From the NCBI GenBank assembly GCA_036009625.1, contig DASYLJ010000166.1, positions 1,703 to 65,702 of the forward strand: DNA of 64,000 nt, given 5' to 3'. The position numbers were made by a program, and so were the translations under genes. This DNA comes from Candidatus Binatia bacterium. GTDB taxonomy: Bacteria > Desulfobacterota > Binatia > DP-6. Below the pieces are notes generated by a model that made no database searches, was not told the origin of the DNA, and saw nothing but the letters and a program-made list of their open reading frames with translations. Shown here one piece after another: positions 21,218 to 31,544 of this stretch (position 1 is the first letter of the stretch; the number at the start of each line of letters is the position of its first letter).

Positions 21218-21855
21218 GCGCGCCTCCGTGGTCGTGGGCGCAGCCCGGCGACGGCGCCCAACGTGAAGCGCGTCACGTGGTCGGCGATGCGGGGAATCTC
21301 GCTGGTGGGCGCGAGCTCGGGATAGATGCGGGTGACGACGGCGGCGCTGTTACGGAAGAAGGCGCACTGCGCGACGACGCTGATGGTGCACAGGCGCACC
21401 GTCTCGTCGGACGCTCCCGGGCCGAGCAGCTCGCGGATGATGGTGCCGAGGCGCTCGTGGGTGGCGCGCCATCGCCGGCGCACCAGCCGGTCGAGCACCG
21501 GCGTGGGGTCGATCATCTCGCGCGCCATGAGCTTCGCGGTCCAGGCGGGCCGGCCGCTGTCGAGAAGTCGGGTCAGGAACGAGGTGATGTTCTCCCGGAG
21601 GCGATCCTCGGCGGTGGTGTCCGCGGCGTTGCTCGGCGTCGGGTCGGGACGGGCGTGATGCTCGGCATAGTCGAAGACGGCCGAGTACAGGCCGTCCTTG
21701 TCACCGAAGTGGTAGTGGACCGCGGCGATGTTGGCGCGGGCGCGCCGGCAGATCGCCTGGATCGTGGCATCGCGATAGCCGTGCTCGGCGAACATGTCGG
21801 CGGCCGCTTCGAGCAGACGCTGCCGGGTGGCAGCCGAGCGTTCGGCCTGAGTCAT
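21214..21855 (-). CDS. TetR/AcrR family regulator (first gene of the efflux operon)
   Basis: TRQRLLEAAADMFAEHGYRDATIQAICRRARANIAAVHYHFGDKDGLY is a TetR HTH. Its stop overlaps the mdtA start by 4 nt. Confidence 0.85.
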   Translation of the reverse strand: MTQAERSAATRQRLLEAAADMFAEHGYRDATIQAICRRARANIAAVHYHFGDKDGLYSAVFDYAEHHARPDPTPSNAADTTAEDRLRENITSFLTRLLDSGRPAWTAKLMAREMIDPTPVLDRLVRRRWRATHERLGTIIRELLGPGASDETVRLCTISVVAQCAFFRNSAAVVTRIYPELAPTSEIPRIADHVTRFTLGAVAGLRPRPRRRA

Positions 21856-21858
21856 TGA

Positions 21859-21881
21859 AATGAGCTTTTGAATTGCTCATT
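21859..21881. promoter_or_regulatory. AT-rich palindrome just upstream of the TetR start (candidate operator/promoter element, or tgt terminator)
   Basis: aatgagc-ttttgaatt-gctcatt is a 7-bp perfect inverted repeat with a 9-nt AT-rich spacer. It sits in the 33-bp gap between the TetR ATG (21855) and the tgt stop (21889), and the AT-richness stands out against the GC-rich surroundings. Confidence 0.4.
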
Positions 21882-21888
21882 GGATATG

Positions 21889-23913
<2,025 letters not shown>

Positions 23914-23964
23914 TCACATAGCGCATCCGCCCGGCGGGGCCACGCCGGTCCGCCGGTCCGGGAC

Positions 23965-25881
23965 CTACTGCACGCGTGCCAGCGTGAGATCGACGGCCGA
24001 GCGCTCGCCGCGGCCCACGCTGACGGCAGTGCGGGCGAAGAGCTCGCCGGCATCGTCGATGGCGCCGTCGCCATCGCGATCCGAGCCGGCGATGAGCCCG
24101 TACTCGCCGGCGGTGACCTCGCCGAAGTCGAAGCGGCCCTCGACGTCCGCGTCCACCGTGGCCGTCACGGTACCGTTCGACGGGTCGATGAGGCGCACGA
24201 CGACGCGGTCCTGCGCGGGCGGGAGCGGCGGAGTCGGCGCCTCCGCGTCGCGCGCCGCCGCGGCGAGCACCGCCTTGTGCGCATCGATGAGTCCGTCGGC
24301 ATCGGTGAGCGCCCCCGCGCGCAGCAGCGCATCGAGTGCATCCGGCGACAGGCGCGCGCCGCCATGCGTCTCCATGAACGCTGCCTGCATGAGGGCGACG
24401 ACGCCCGTCACGTGCGGTGCCGCCATCGAGGTCCCCTGCAGGAAGCCGAAGACGAAGGTGACGGCGTTGCCGGTGTCGTCGCCGAGCGTCGAGAGGACAC
24501 CGTCGGCGAAGCCGTCGCGGTCGGTATCGGCGCGGGTGTCGCCGCCGGGAGCGGCCACGTCCACCACGGTACCGAAGTTCGAGTAGAAGGCGCGTGCCCC
24601 GCTCGGATCGACTGCGCTCACGCAGACGACCTCGGAGAAGGCTGCCGGCGTGAAGCCGGACGCATCGACCGCGTCGTTGCCGGCGGCGACGACGACGATC
24701 GTGCCGGCCGCACGCGCGTCCTGGATCGCCTCGTGCATCGCCGGCGACTGTCCGGGGCCGCCGAGGCTCATGTTGACGACGTCGGCGCGCTGGGCGGGCA
24801 GGGTACCGGAGACGTTCGCCAGGCCGGCGGCGAAGCGGATCGCCTGTGCGATGTCGAAGTCGGTGCCACCGCCGCGGCCGAGCGCACGCAGCGGCATGAT
24901 GCGCGCGTTCCAGTCGATGCCGGCGACGCCGACGCCGTTGTCGGTCGAGGCCCCGATGGTGCCGGCGACGTGTGTGCCGTGGAACGACGACGGCGTGCCT
25001 GGCCCGCCGTCGCCGACGTCGAACGGATCGGCGTCGATGCCGTCACCGTCGCCGGCGATCGCGGGGTCGGAGATGAAGTCGAAGCCGGGGACGAGGCGCG
25101 TCGGGGCGATGTCGGGATGGGTCGTCAGCAACCCGGTGTCGATCACGGCGACGACGACGTCGGGCGATCCGATCGTCACGTCCCACGCTGCCGGGAGCGA
25201 GATCATCGGGTAGTGCCACTGCAGGGGAAGGAACGGGTCGTTCGGGATGCGGAGCGCGTGGCGCCGGTAGTTCGGCTGTGCCCAGAGGACCTCGGGACGT
25301 TCGCGCACGGTGCGGACGGTGTCGAGCACCGCGGCTCCCGGTGGGACGGCGTACAGCGCTCCGCCACGGCCGTGCGGATCGCCCCAGAGCTTCGCGGCGG
25401 CGAGATCGCTCGTGGACGGCGCGCCGTCGCGCAGTCGCACGATCATCTCGCCGGTGACGACGTCGGCGCCGGGCTCGTCGGTGGGGGCGGGGAGGATCAC
25501 GCGGCCCGCGAGCGATCCGGTCGCGGCGGCGACGAACGACGTGCGGCGCCCGGCGCGTCGGGCGCGGAGCACGCCCGTCACGGTGGTGCAGTCGGACGGG
25601 TTCGCGGTGACGACGACGCGGACCCGGCCCGTGATCCGCGTGCAGGCGCGGAAGACGGCCTTCACCCGGGCACGAGCCCCACGCGCCGTGGCGGTGCCGC
25701 AGCCGTCGAGCGCGACGGTGCCGTCGGCGATCGTCACGTGCTCGGGAGCAGCCGCGGCGCCGAGGGCCATACCCGTGACACGGTACGTGCCGGGGCACGG
25801 AAATGCGGCGTGCGCAGTGGTCGTCATGACGGCGACCAGCCCGATCGCCGCAAGGAGCATCCCCAGTCCGGTCCGTCGCAT
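23965..25881 (-). CDS. secreted S8 (subtilisin-family) serine peptidase
   Basis: Catalytic triad motifs VAVIDTGL (Asp), HGTHVAGTIGA (His) and GTSMAAPHVTGVVALM (Ser). Start at the ATG at 25879-25881 gives signal peptide MRRTGLGMLLAAIGLVAVMTTTAHA. Confidence 0.9.
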   Translation of the reverse strand: MRRTGLGMLLAAIGLVAVMTTTAHAAFPCPGTYRVTGMALGAAAAPEHVTIADGTVALDGCGTATARGARARVKAVFRACTRITGRVRVVVTANPSDCTTVTGVLRARRAGRRTSFVAAATGSLAGRVILPAPTDEPGADVVTGEMIVRLRDGAPSTSDLAAAKLWGDPHGRGGALYAVPPGAAVLDTVRTVRERPEVLWAQPNYRRHALRIPNDPFLPLQWHYPMISLPAAWDVTIGSPDVVVAVIDTGLLTTHPDIAPTRLVPGFDFISDPAIAGDGDGIDADPFDVGDGGPGTPSSFHGTHVAGTIGASTDNGVGVAGIDWNARIMPLRALGRGGGTDFDIAQAIRFAAGLANVSGTLPAQRADVVNMSLGGPGQSPAMHEAIQDARAAGTIVVVAAGNDAVDASGFTPAAFSEVVCVSAVDPSGARAFYSNFGTVVDVAAPGGDTRADTDRDGFADGVLSTLGDDTGNAVTFVFGFLQGTSMAAPHVTGVVALMQAAFMETHGGARLSPDALDALLRAGALTDADGLIDAHKAVLAAAARDAEAPTPPLPPAQDRVVVRLIDPSNGTVTATVDADVEGRFDFGEVTAGEYGLIAGSDRDGDGAIDDAGELFARTAVSVGRGERSAVDLTLARVQ

Positions 25882-26000
25882 GTCGGCCTCCCCTGGGACC
25901 GCTTCGGTCCCGCTGTCCTGGGGTACGCGCGACTCGTCGGGGCGGATGCAGGATCGCCCGTACGGTGGCATCGGCTCGCGCGTGCGCGCCAGGTGACGAC

Positions 26001-27134
26001 GTGACCACCGAGCGCAACGACGCCATCGACGTCCTTCGAGGCAGCGTGATGATCCTCATGGCGCTCGACCACACGCGCATGTTCTTCGGCACCGAGGTCG
26101 ATCTGCAGACGGCGCCGCCCGTGCTCTTCCTCACGCGCTGGATCACCCATTTCTGCGCCCCCGTCTTCGTGCTGCTCGCCGGCATGGCGGCGTATCTGCA
26201 CGGACGCCGGCACGATTCCACGCGTGCCCTGTCGTGGTACCTGCTGACGCGCGGCCTCTGGCTCGTCCTCCTCGAGATGACCGTCGTGAAGGCGGCGTGG
26301 ATCTTCTACCTCGGCCCGGAGATCATGGTGCTGCAGGTGATCTGGGCGATCGGCATGTCGATGGTGGTGTTGGCAGGGCTGGTGTGGCTGCCGCGTGCCG
26401 TCGTCGCCCTGTTCGCGGTCGTGCTCGTCGTCGGCCACAACCTGCTCGATGCCGTGCCCGCGGACGCGTTCGGATCGTTGGGCTGGCTCTGGACGCTGCT
26501 GCACGCGCCGGGACGGCTGGCGCCGTTCGACGGCGCGCGCTGGCTCGTGATCTACCCGCTCGTACCGTGGATCGCGGTGATGGCGGCGGGGTACCTGCTC
26601 GGCCCGTGGGCGGCGCGTCCCCGTGCCGAACGACGGGCGCGCTTTCTCCGCACCGGCGCGCTGCTCCTCGTCGGCTTCGTCGTGCTGCGGGCGACGAATC
26701 TCTACGGTGACCCGCATCCCTGGACGACGGCGAGCGGGCCGGTCCGCGCGCTGCTCGCCTTCGTCGACTGCCAGAAATATCCGCCCTCGTTGCTCTTCCT
26801 CGCGATGACGCTCGGGCCCGCGCTCTGCGTGCTCGCCTGGCTGGATCGCCCGCTCGGACGGTGGGCGCGCGCCGTCGCCGTCTACGGGCGCGTCCCGCTC
26901 TTCTACTACGTGATGCACCTGCTCGTGCTGCACCTGCTCGCGGTCGCGCTCGCGTGGCCCGAGTCGGGCGTCGGTGCCATTTCGCGTGGCTTCATCGTCG
27001 GCGAGTCGCTGGCGTACCCACTGCCCGCGATCTATGCGCTCTGGCTCATGGTCGTGCTCACGCTCTATCCCGCCTGCCGCTGGTTCGCCGACGTCAAACG
27101 AGGCAGTCAGTCCCCCTGGATGAGCTACCTGTGA
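26001..27134 (+). CDS. DUF1624 / heparan-alpha-glucosaminide N-acetyltransferase-like membrane protein
   Basis: ERNDAIDVLRGSVMILMALDHTRMFF is the typical N-terminus of this acyltransferase-like multi-pass membrane family, and many hydrophobic segments follow. The start is uncertain: GTG at 26001 or GTG at 25965. Confidence 0.75.
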   Translation: MTTERNDAIDVLRGSVMILMALDHTRMFFGTEVDLQTAPPVLFLTRWITHFCAPVFVLLAGMAAYLHGRRHDSTRALSWYLLTRGLWLVLLEMTVVKAAWIFYLGPEIMVLQVIWAIGMSMVVLAGLVWLPRAVVALFAVVLVVGHNLLDAVPADAFGSLGWLWTLLHAPGRLAPFDGARWLVIYPLVPWIAVMAAGYLLGPWAARPRAERRARFLRTGALLLVGFVVLRATNLYGDPHPWTTASGPVRALLAFVDCQKYPPSLLFLAMTLGPALCVLAWLDRPLGRWARAVAVYGRVPLFYYVMHLLVLHLLAVALAWPESGVGAISRGFIVGESLAYPLPAIYALWLMVVLTLYPACRWFADVKRGSQSPWMSYL

Positions 27135-28492
27135 GGCGCGCGCTGGTCGCCGTCGCCGCCGTCTTCTGCGCCTGCGGCACGCATCGTCCGCCGCCGCCCC
27201 TCGTCTCCGAGCCCGTCGCCGCGGCGGCAGCGCAGATCGCGGCCGCATCGGAGCGCACGCCCGACGACGCCTGGACGCGGCTCGAGGCGCTGGTCGACGG
27301 CTACGGGCACCGCATCACGGGCTCGGCGGCGCTCGAGGCGTCGCTGCGCTGGGCGGCGGGCCAGATGCGCGACATCGGGCTCACCGACGTGCGTCTCGAG
27401 CCGGTCGACGTCGCACACTGGGGGCGCGGCGAGGAACGCGCCCGCATCGTGCAGCCCGTCGATCGTCCGATGGTGCTGCTCGGGCTCGGCGGCAGCGTCG
27501 GCACGCGGGGCACGGTGCGCGCACCGGTGACGGCGTTCGACAGTCTGGATGCGCTCCGCGCCAGCACCGATCGGCTCGACGGCCGGATCGCCTTCGTCGA
27601 TCACCACATGCCGGCGTACGACGAGGCGACCGCGAACCCGGGCTATCGGCAGGGCGTGCAGGCGCGGCTGCATGCTGCGTCCGAAGCGGGCCGACGGGGC
27701 GCCGTCGCCGTCCTCGTCCGCTCGGTGACGGCGACGAGCCTACGCACGCCCCACACCGGTGCGCTCGCGTACGACGAGGGCGTGCCGAAGATTCCCGCCG
27801 CGGCGATCACGCTCGAAGACGCCGATCTCCTGGCGCGGCTGGCGCGTCGCGGTCCGGTCGACGTCGAGCTGTTCCTCGGCGCGCGCACGCTGCCCGATGC
27901 CCCGAGCGGCAACGTCGTCGGCGAGCTGCGCGGACGCGAGCGGCCCGACGAGATCGTGCTCCTGGGTGCGCACATCGACTCGTGGGACGTAGGGCAGGGT
28001 GCCTCCGACGACGGCGCGGGCTGCATTGCCGTGATGGAGGCCGTCCGGCTCCTGCGCGCGGCGGGGCTCGCCCCACGCCGGACCATTCGCGTCGTGCTCT
28101 TCACCGGCGAGGAGTACGGCCTGTCGGGGGCGCGCGCGTATCACGCACGGCACGGTGGCGAGCGCCACACGGCGGCGTTCGAGACCGACTACGGCATGGC
28201 AGCACCCGAGGCGATCGGCGTCGGCAGCGACGTGCGCGTGCAGGCGATGGCGCCACTCCTGCCGGCGTTCGCGCGCTTCGGCATCCGCGAATTCCGCCCG
28301 CACGGGTTCGGGTCCGACGTGCAACCGCTCGTCGATGGTGGTGCAGCGGCCTACGACCTCGAGCCCGACGGGCGGCACTACTTCGACATCCATCACACGC
28401 CGGCGGACACGCTCGACAAGATCCGTCCAGAGGATCTGCGTCGGAACGCGGCGGCGATCGCGCTGCTGGCGTGGGTGCTGGCGGAGGAGTGA
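27131..28492 (+). CDS. M28 family metallopeptidase lipoprotein (with PA-like insert)
   Basis: The GTG at 27131 overlaps the previous stop (GTGA). VRRALVAVAAVFCACG is a lipobox. M28 metal-ligand motifs are LLGAHIDSWDVGQGASDDGAG and FTGEEYGLSGA. Confidence 0.85.
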   Translation: MRRALVAVAAVFCACGTHRPPPPLVSEPVAAAAAQIAAASERTPDDAWTRLEALVDGYGHRITGSAALEASLRWAAGQMRDIGLTDVRLEPVDVAHWGRGEERARIVQPVDRPMVLLGLGGSVGTRGTVRAPVTAFDSLDALRASTDRLDGRIAFVDHHMPAYDEATANPGYRQGVQARLHAASEAGRRGAVAVLVRSVTATSLRTPHTGALAYDEGVPKIPAAAITLEDADLLARLARRGPVDVELFLGARTLPDAPSGNVVGELRGRERPDEIVLLGAHIDSWDVGQGASDDGAGCIAVMEAVRLLRAAGLAPRRTIRVVLFTGEEYGLSGARAYHARHGGERHTAAFETDYGMAAPEAIGVGSDVRVQAMAPLLPAFARFGIREFRPHGFGSDVQPLVDGGAAAYDLEPDGRHYFDIHHTPADTLDKIRPEDLRRNAAAIALLAWVLAEE

Positions 28493-28594
28493 GTCGCGGT
28501 GGCTGGGACGGGCTCGAGTGTCCGGTAGCTGACGGCGCGACGCACATTGCAAGTGTCATTCGCAGCGCGCTAGAACGCCGGGCCCAGAGGCCGT

Positions 28595-29031
28595 ATGCCG
28601 GACCCACGCGCCAGCCGATCCCTCCCGTCGATCGCGTTCGGCCCGTTCGTGCTCGATGTCGCCGCCGAGCGTCTGCGCAAGGGGCGCGACGTGGTGCGGC
28701 TGCGCCGCAAGGCGTGGGAGACCCTGCGCTATCTCGTCGCGCGCCCGGGCGTCCTGGTGTCGAACGACGAGCTCCTCGATGCGGTGTGGGGTGGCACGTC
28801 GGTCACATCGCAGACGCTGACGATCAGGCCGAGCGCGAGCGGCAATGTGAGCATGAGGGCCACCTCGGAGCGTGGCGTAGCATGCTGGTCTCGCGGCAAT
28901 CCTCACGAGAACGACACATTCGGTGGAGGGTTTCCGTGGAGCCCGGCACCGAAGAGACCCTCGACGACGTCGTCGTCGAAGGGACCGTGGCTCGTCCGCG
29001 CCGCGAAGACCGCGGCTACGCGCAGATCTGA
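28595..29031 (+). pseudogene. probable remnant of a CadC/OmpR-type winged-helix regulator (truncated, possibly frameshifted)
   Basis: IAFGPFVLDVAAERLRKGRDVVRLRRKAWETLRYLVARPGVLVSNDELLDAVWGGTSVTSQTLT matches trans_reg_C up to the recognition helix, then homology is lost near 28810. A different frame ends ...LDDVVVEGTVARPRREDRGYAQI*, reminiscent of the TolB_N-like module found in such regulators. The region abuts the 3' end of the opposite-strand response regulator. Confidence 0.35.
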
Positions 29032-29420
29032 CGCACGACGCCGACGAGGCTGTCGAGGTTGCTCTTGTCGACCACCGCGGCGGCGCGGAGCTCGCGTGCG
29101 TGGCGTTGTGCTTCCCCGTCGGCACTGAGGACGACGACCGGCACGGTGGCGAGGTTGTGATCCGCCATCTGGGCGCGCCGGAACGCGAAGCCGTCCATCA
29201 CCGGCATGTGCAGATCGAGGACGATCATGCACGGCGTGGTGCCGGCGTCGCGCAACCGGTGCAGGGCCTCCGCGCCATTGGCGGCGGTCAGGACCTTGAA
29301 GCGCTCCATCTCGAGCATGAGGGTGACGGCGTCCCGCATGTCCTCGTTGTCCTCGACGAGAAGGACGAGATGGTTCTCGGGGGCGGCCACGTCATCGGAG
29401 TGTACACCTCGCGCAGCCAC
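29016..29420 (-). CDS. single-domain response regulator (CheY-like receiver)
   Basis: LVLLVEDNEDMRDAVTLMLEMERFKVLTAANGAEALHRL...MIVLDLHMPVMDGFAF...VVVLSA carries the DD...D...K receiver signature. The start is uncertain: GTG at 29420 or GTG at 29390. The track ORF extension to 29600 overlaps the upstream gene. Confidence 0.8.
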   Translation of the reverse strand: MAARGVHSDDVAAPENHLVLLVEDNEDMRDAVTLMLEMERFKVLTAANGAEALHRLRDAGTTPCMIVLDLHMPVMDGFAFRRAQMADHNLATVPVVVLSADGEAQRHARELRAAAVVDKSNLDSLVGVVRQICA

Positions 29421-29433
29421 GAGCGAGCCCGGT

Positions 29434-30198
29434 CTACGATGAAATTTCGGCGAGGAGGCGTTCGAGATCGTGCATCTCGTCGCGCGCCCGTCCGATCGCG
29501 TCCTCGGCGGCGCGCACCTCGCGCTGCAGCGCGGACAGTGCCCGCTCGTGCTTCTCGAGCGAGGTCCGAGCGGTGCGGAGCTTCGTCCGTAGTCGATCAC
29601 GCTCTGCGTCGCGACGTGCCTGCTCGGCTTCCTGTCGCTGCTGCGCCGCGTGTCGCTCCGCCTCGGCGCGCGCCGTCGCGAGATCCTCGCGTTTGCGTGG
29701 GGCCGGTGGTGCCGAACCCTTGCGCGCGACGGGCTCCCACGATGCGCCGAGCGCCTCGAAGCCGGGAGGGTCGCGATCCGTCACGAGTGCGCCCGGCGGG
29801 TCCGGGTCGAAGCCGCCCCCAGCCGCGATGGCGGCGAGTGTCGTGCTCACGCGCCGCAGCGTCGTGTCGACCGATCCGTGGCCGGCCTCCGCCAGGATGC
29901 CCGCGGCGCGCTTTCGCAGCGTCGCGAGGGTGTCCCGGTGCTCGGTCGTCGCGCTCAGGTCGCCGCTGCGCAATCGCGTCGCGGCTGCGAGCAGATGGTC
30001 GAAGGCGTCGCGGGCGTGCCAGTAGAGCTGGTTGACGGTCCACGCCGAGATGGTCGGACGACGGCGCTTCGCCAGGTCGGTGGCGGCGGCTTTGTCGCCG
30101 CCGTCACGCAACTCCTTGGCGAGGCGCGTACGCTCCGCGACGAAGTCGGCGAGCGGGGCGCGGTACAGGGCTTCGAGGGCGCGCTCGTGAGCGGTCAT
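29434..30198 (-). CDS. hypothetical protein with C-terminal coiled coil
   Basis: 254-aa ORF with coding-like composition. The C-terminal ~90 aa are Arg/Glu/Ala-rich heptad-like (AEAERHAAQQRQEAEQARRDAERDRLRTKLRTARTSLEKHERALSALQREV). It lies directly upstream of the response regulator. Confidence 0.6.
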   Translation of the reverse strand: MTAHERALEALYRAPLADFVAERTRLAKELRDGGDKAAATDLAKRRRPTISAWTVNQLYWHARDAFDHLLAAATRLRSGDLSATTEHRDTLATLRKRAAGILAEAGHGSVDTTLRRVSTTLAAIAAGGGFDPDPPGALVTDRDPPGFEALGASWEPVARKGSAPPAPRKREDLATARAEAERHAAQQRQEAEQARRDAERDRLRTKLRTARTSLEKHERALSALQREVRAAEDAIGRARDEMHDLERLLAEISS

Positions 30199-30269
30199 GC
30201 CGCATCCTTACCCGACTCGCTAGGTCCTTGCTTCCGATATGCGGTACGGTGCCTCGAGGAGGGTTCCGG

Positions 30270-30845
30270 ATGCGCAGGAATCTGATCGTCGTGATCGTGG
30301 TGGCCGTGGCCGTTGCATCGTCCGTGGACGCGTCCGTCCTGTGCCAGCGCAGGTCGGGGGCGCTCTTCGTCCGTGACGCCTGCAAGAAGAAGGAGGTCGC
30401 GGTGAATGCCTCCGCGCTCGGTCTCGTGGGGCCGGCGGGGGACGCGGGGACGCCAGGGACCCCCGGGACCCCCGGGGCTCCTGGCGAGGCGCGCGCGTAT
30501 GCCTGCAGCGACGTATCGTTCGACGGGACGCTCGTCGCCGCGTGCGTCGGGCGTCCGAGCAAGAACGTCGTCAGCATCATTGCCAACCCACTGGCGGAGA
30601 ACGTCACCTGCTTCGTGTTGGATCCGTCGATCGACGCGGCGTCGTCGATCGCGGTCGCCAGCTTTGCCGACGCCGGCATCACCTCCAGCGTGAACATCAT
30701 CCTCAACGTCATCGGGACGAACGATCAGGTCGGTTGTCCCGCGAACTCGGTCGTGGTGCGGACCGGACGCTTCCGACAGGCCGATGCGGGAAACGGGATG
30801 CTCCTCGAGGCGGCCCGGCTCGCGGTGAACGTGGCGGTCATGTGA
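30270..30845 (+). CDS. secreted protein with short collagen-like G-X-Y tract
   Basis: The ATG at 30270 is preceded by gaggaggg. Signal peptide MRRNLIVVIVVAVAVASSVDA, then GLVGPAGDAGTPGTPGTPGAPGEA (7-8 G-X-Y triplets), then a ~120-aa C-terminal domain. Confidence 0.7.
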   Translation: MRRNLIVVIVVAVAVASSVDASVLCQRRSGALFVRDACKKKEVAVNASALGLVGPAGDAGTPGTPGTPGAPGEARAYACSDVSFDGTLVAACVGRPSKNVVSIIANPLAENVTCFVLDPSIDAASSIAVASFADAGITSSVNIILNVIGTNDQVGCPANSVVVRTGRFRQADAGNGMLLEAARLAVNVAVM

Positions 30846-30917
30846 TCCGATCCCGCGAGCGACGCACCATACCGCAACGTATTGTCTCCATACGTTTGGG
30901 TATGGTACCGACGCCCG

Positions 30918-31544
30918 ATGTCGCCTGGCCGCCGTCCCGTCGCTCGACGTCCGCCGGCGGTGGCGCGTCGGTCGGCCGACGCGTGGATCGCCGCCGCCCT
31001 GCGCCGCCTCGTACGCGACGGCGTGACGGGCGTGCGGATCGACCGGCTCGCGGACGACCTCGGTGTCACCAAGGGGAGCTTCTACTGGCACTTCGCCGAT
31101 CGGGGCGCGTTCCTGCGCGCGATCGCGACGTCGTGGGCGGACGAGCAGGTGCCGTCACACCTCGGTGCGGGGGACGCACTCGTCGCGCCGACACCGCGGG
31201 ACCGGCTGCGCCGCGTCCTCGAGCGCTTCGCCGGTGAAGGCATCGGGCGAACGGCGCACGCCATGCGCGACTGGGGGCGCCAGGATGCGCATGTCCGGCG
31301 CGCGGTGGATCGCGCCGATCGGGTGGTGCTCGCCGAGCTGACGCAGATCTTCGCGGATCTCGGGATGAGTGCGGGGGAAGCCGCGCTTCGGGCGCGGGTG
31401 ATCTTCTGGGCGGGTATCGGTTGGCACGTCGTCGAGCCGTCGCCGGCGGCCGCCAGCGTACGCGACCTCGACCAGGTGCTCGACCTCTTCATCGGGCCGC
31501 GCCCCCCGCCCCGCGTGCGAAAGGCGCCGGGTCGCCGGAAATGA
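30918..31544 (+). CDS. TetR family transcriptional regulator
   Basis: WIAAALRRLVRDGVTGVRIDRLADDLGVTKGSFYWHFADRGAFL is a TetR HTH. The stop overlaps the start of the downstream MMPL gene (ATGA at 31541). Confidence 0.85.
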   Translation: MSPGRRPVARRPPAVARRSADAWIAAALRRLVRDGVTGVRIDRLADDLGVTKGSFYWHFADRGAFLRAIATSWADEQVPSHLGAGDALVAPTPRDRLRRVLERFAGEGIGRTAHAMRDWGRQDAHVRRAVDRADRVVLAELTQIFADLGMSAGEAALRARVIFWAGIGWHVVEPSPAAASVRDLDQVLDLFIGPRPPPRVRKAPGRRK

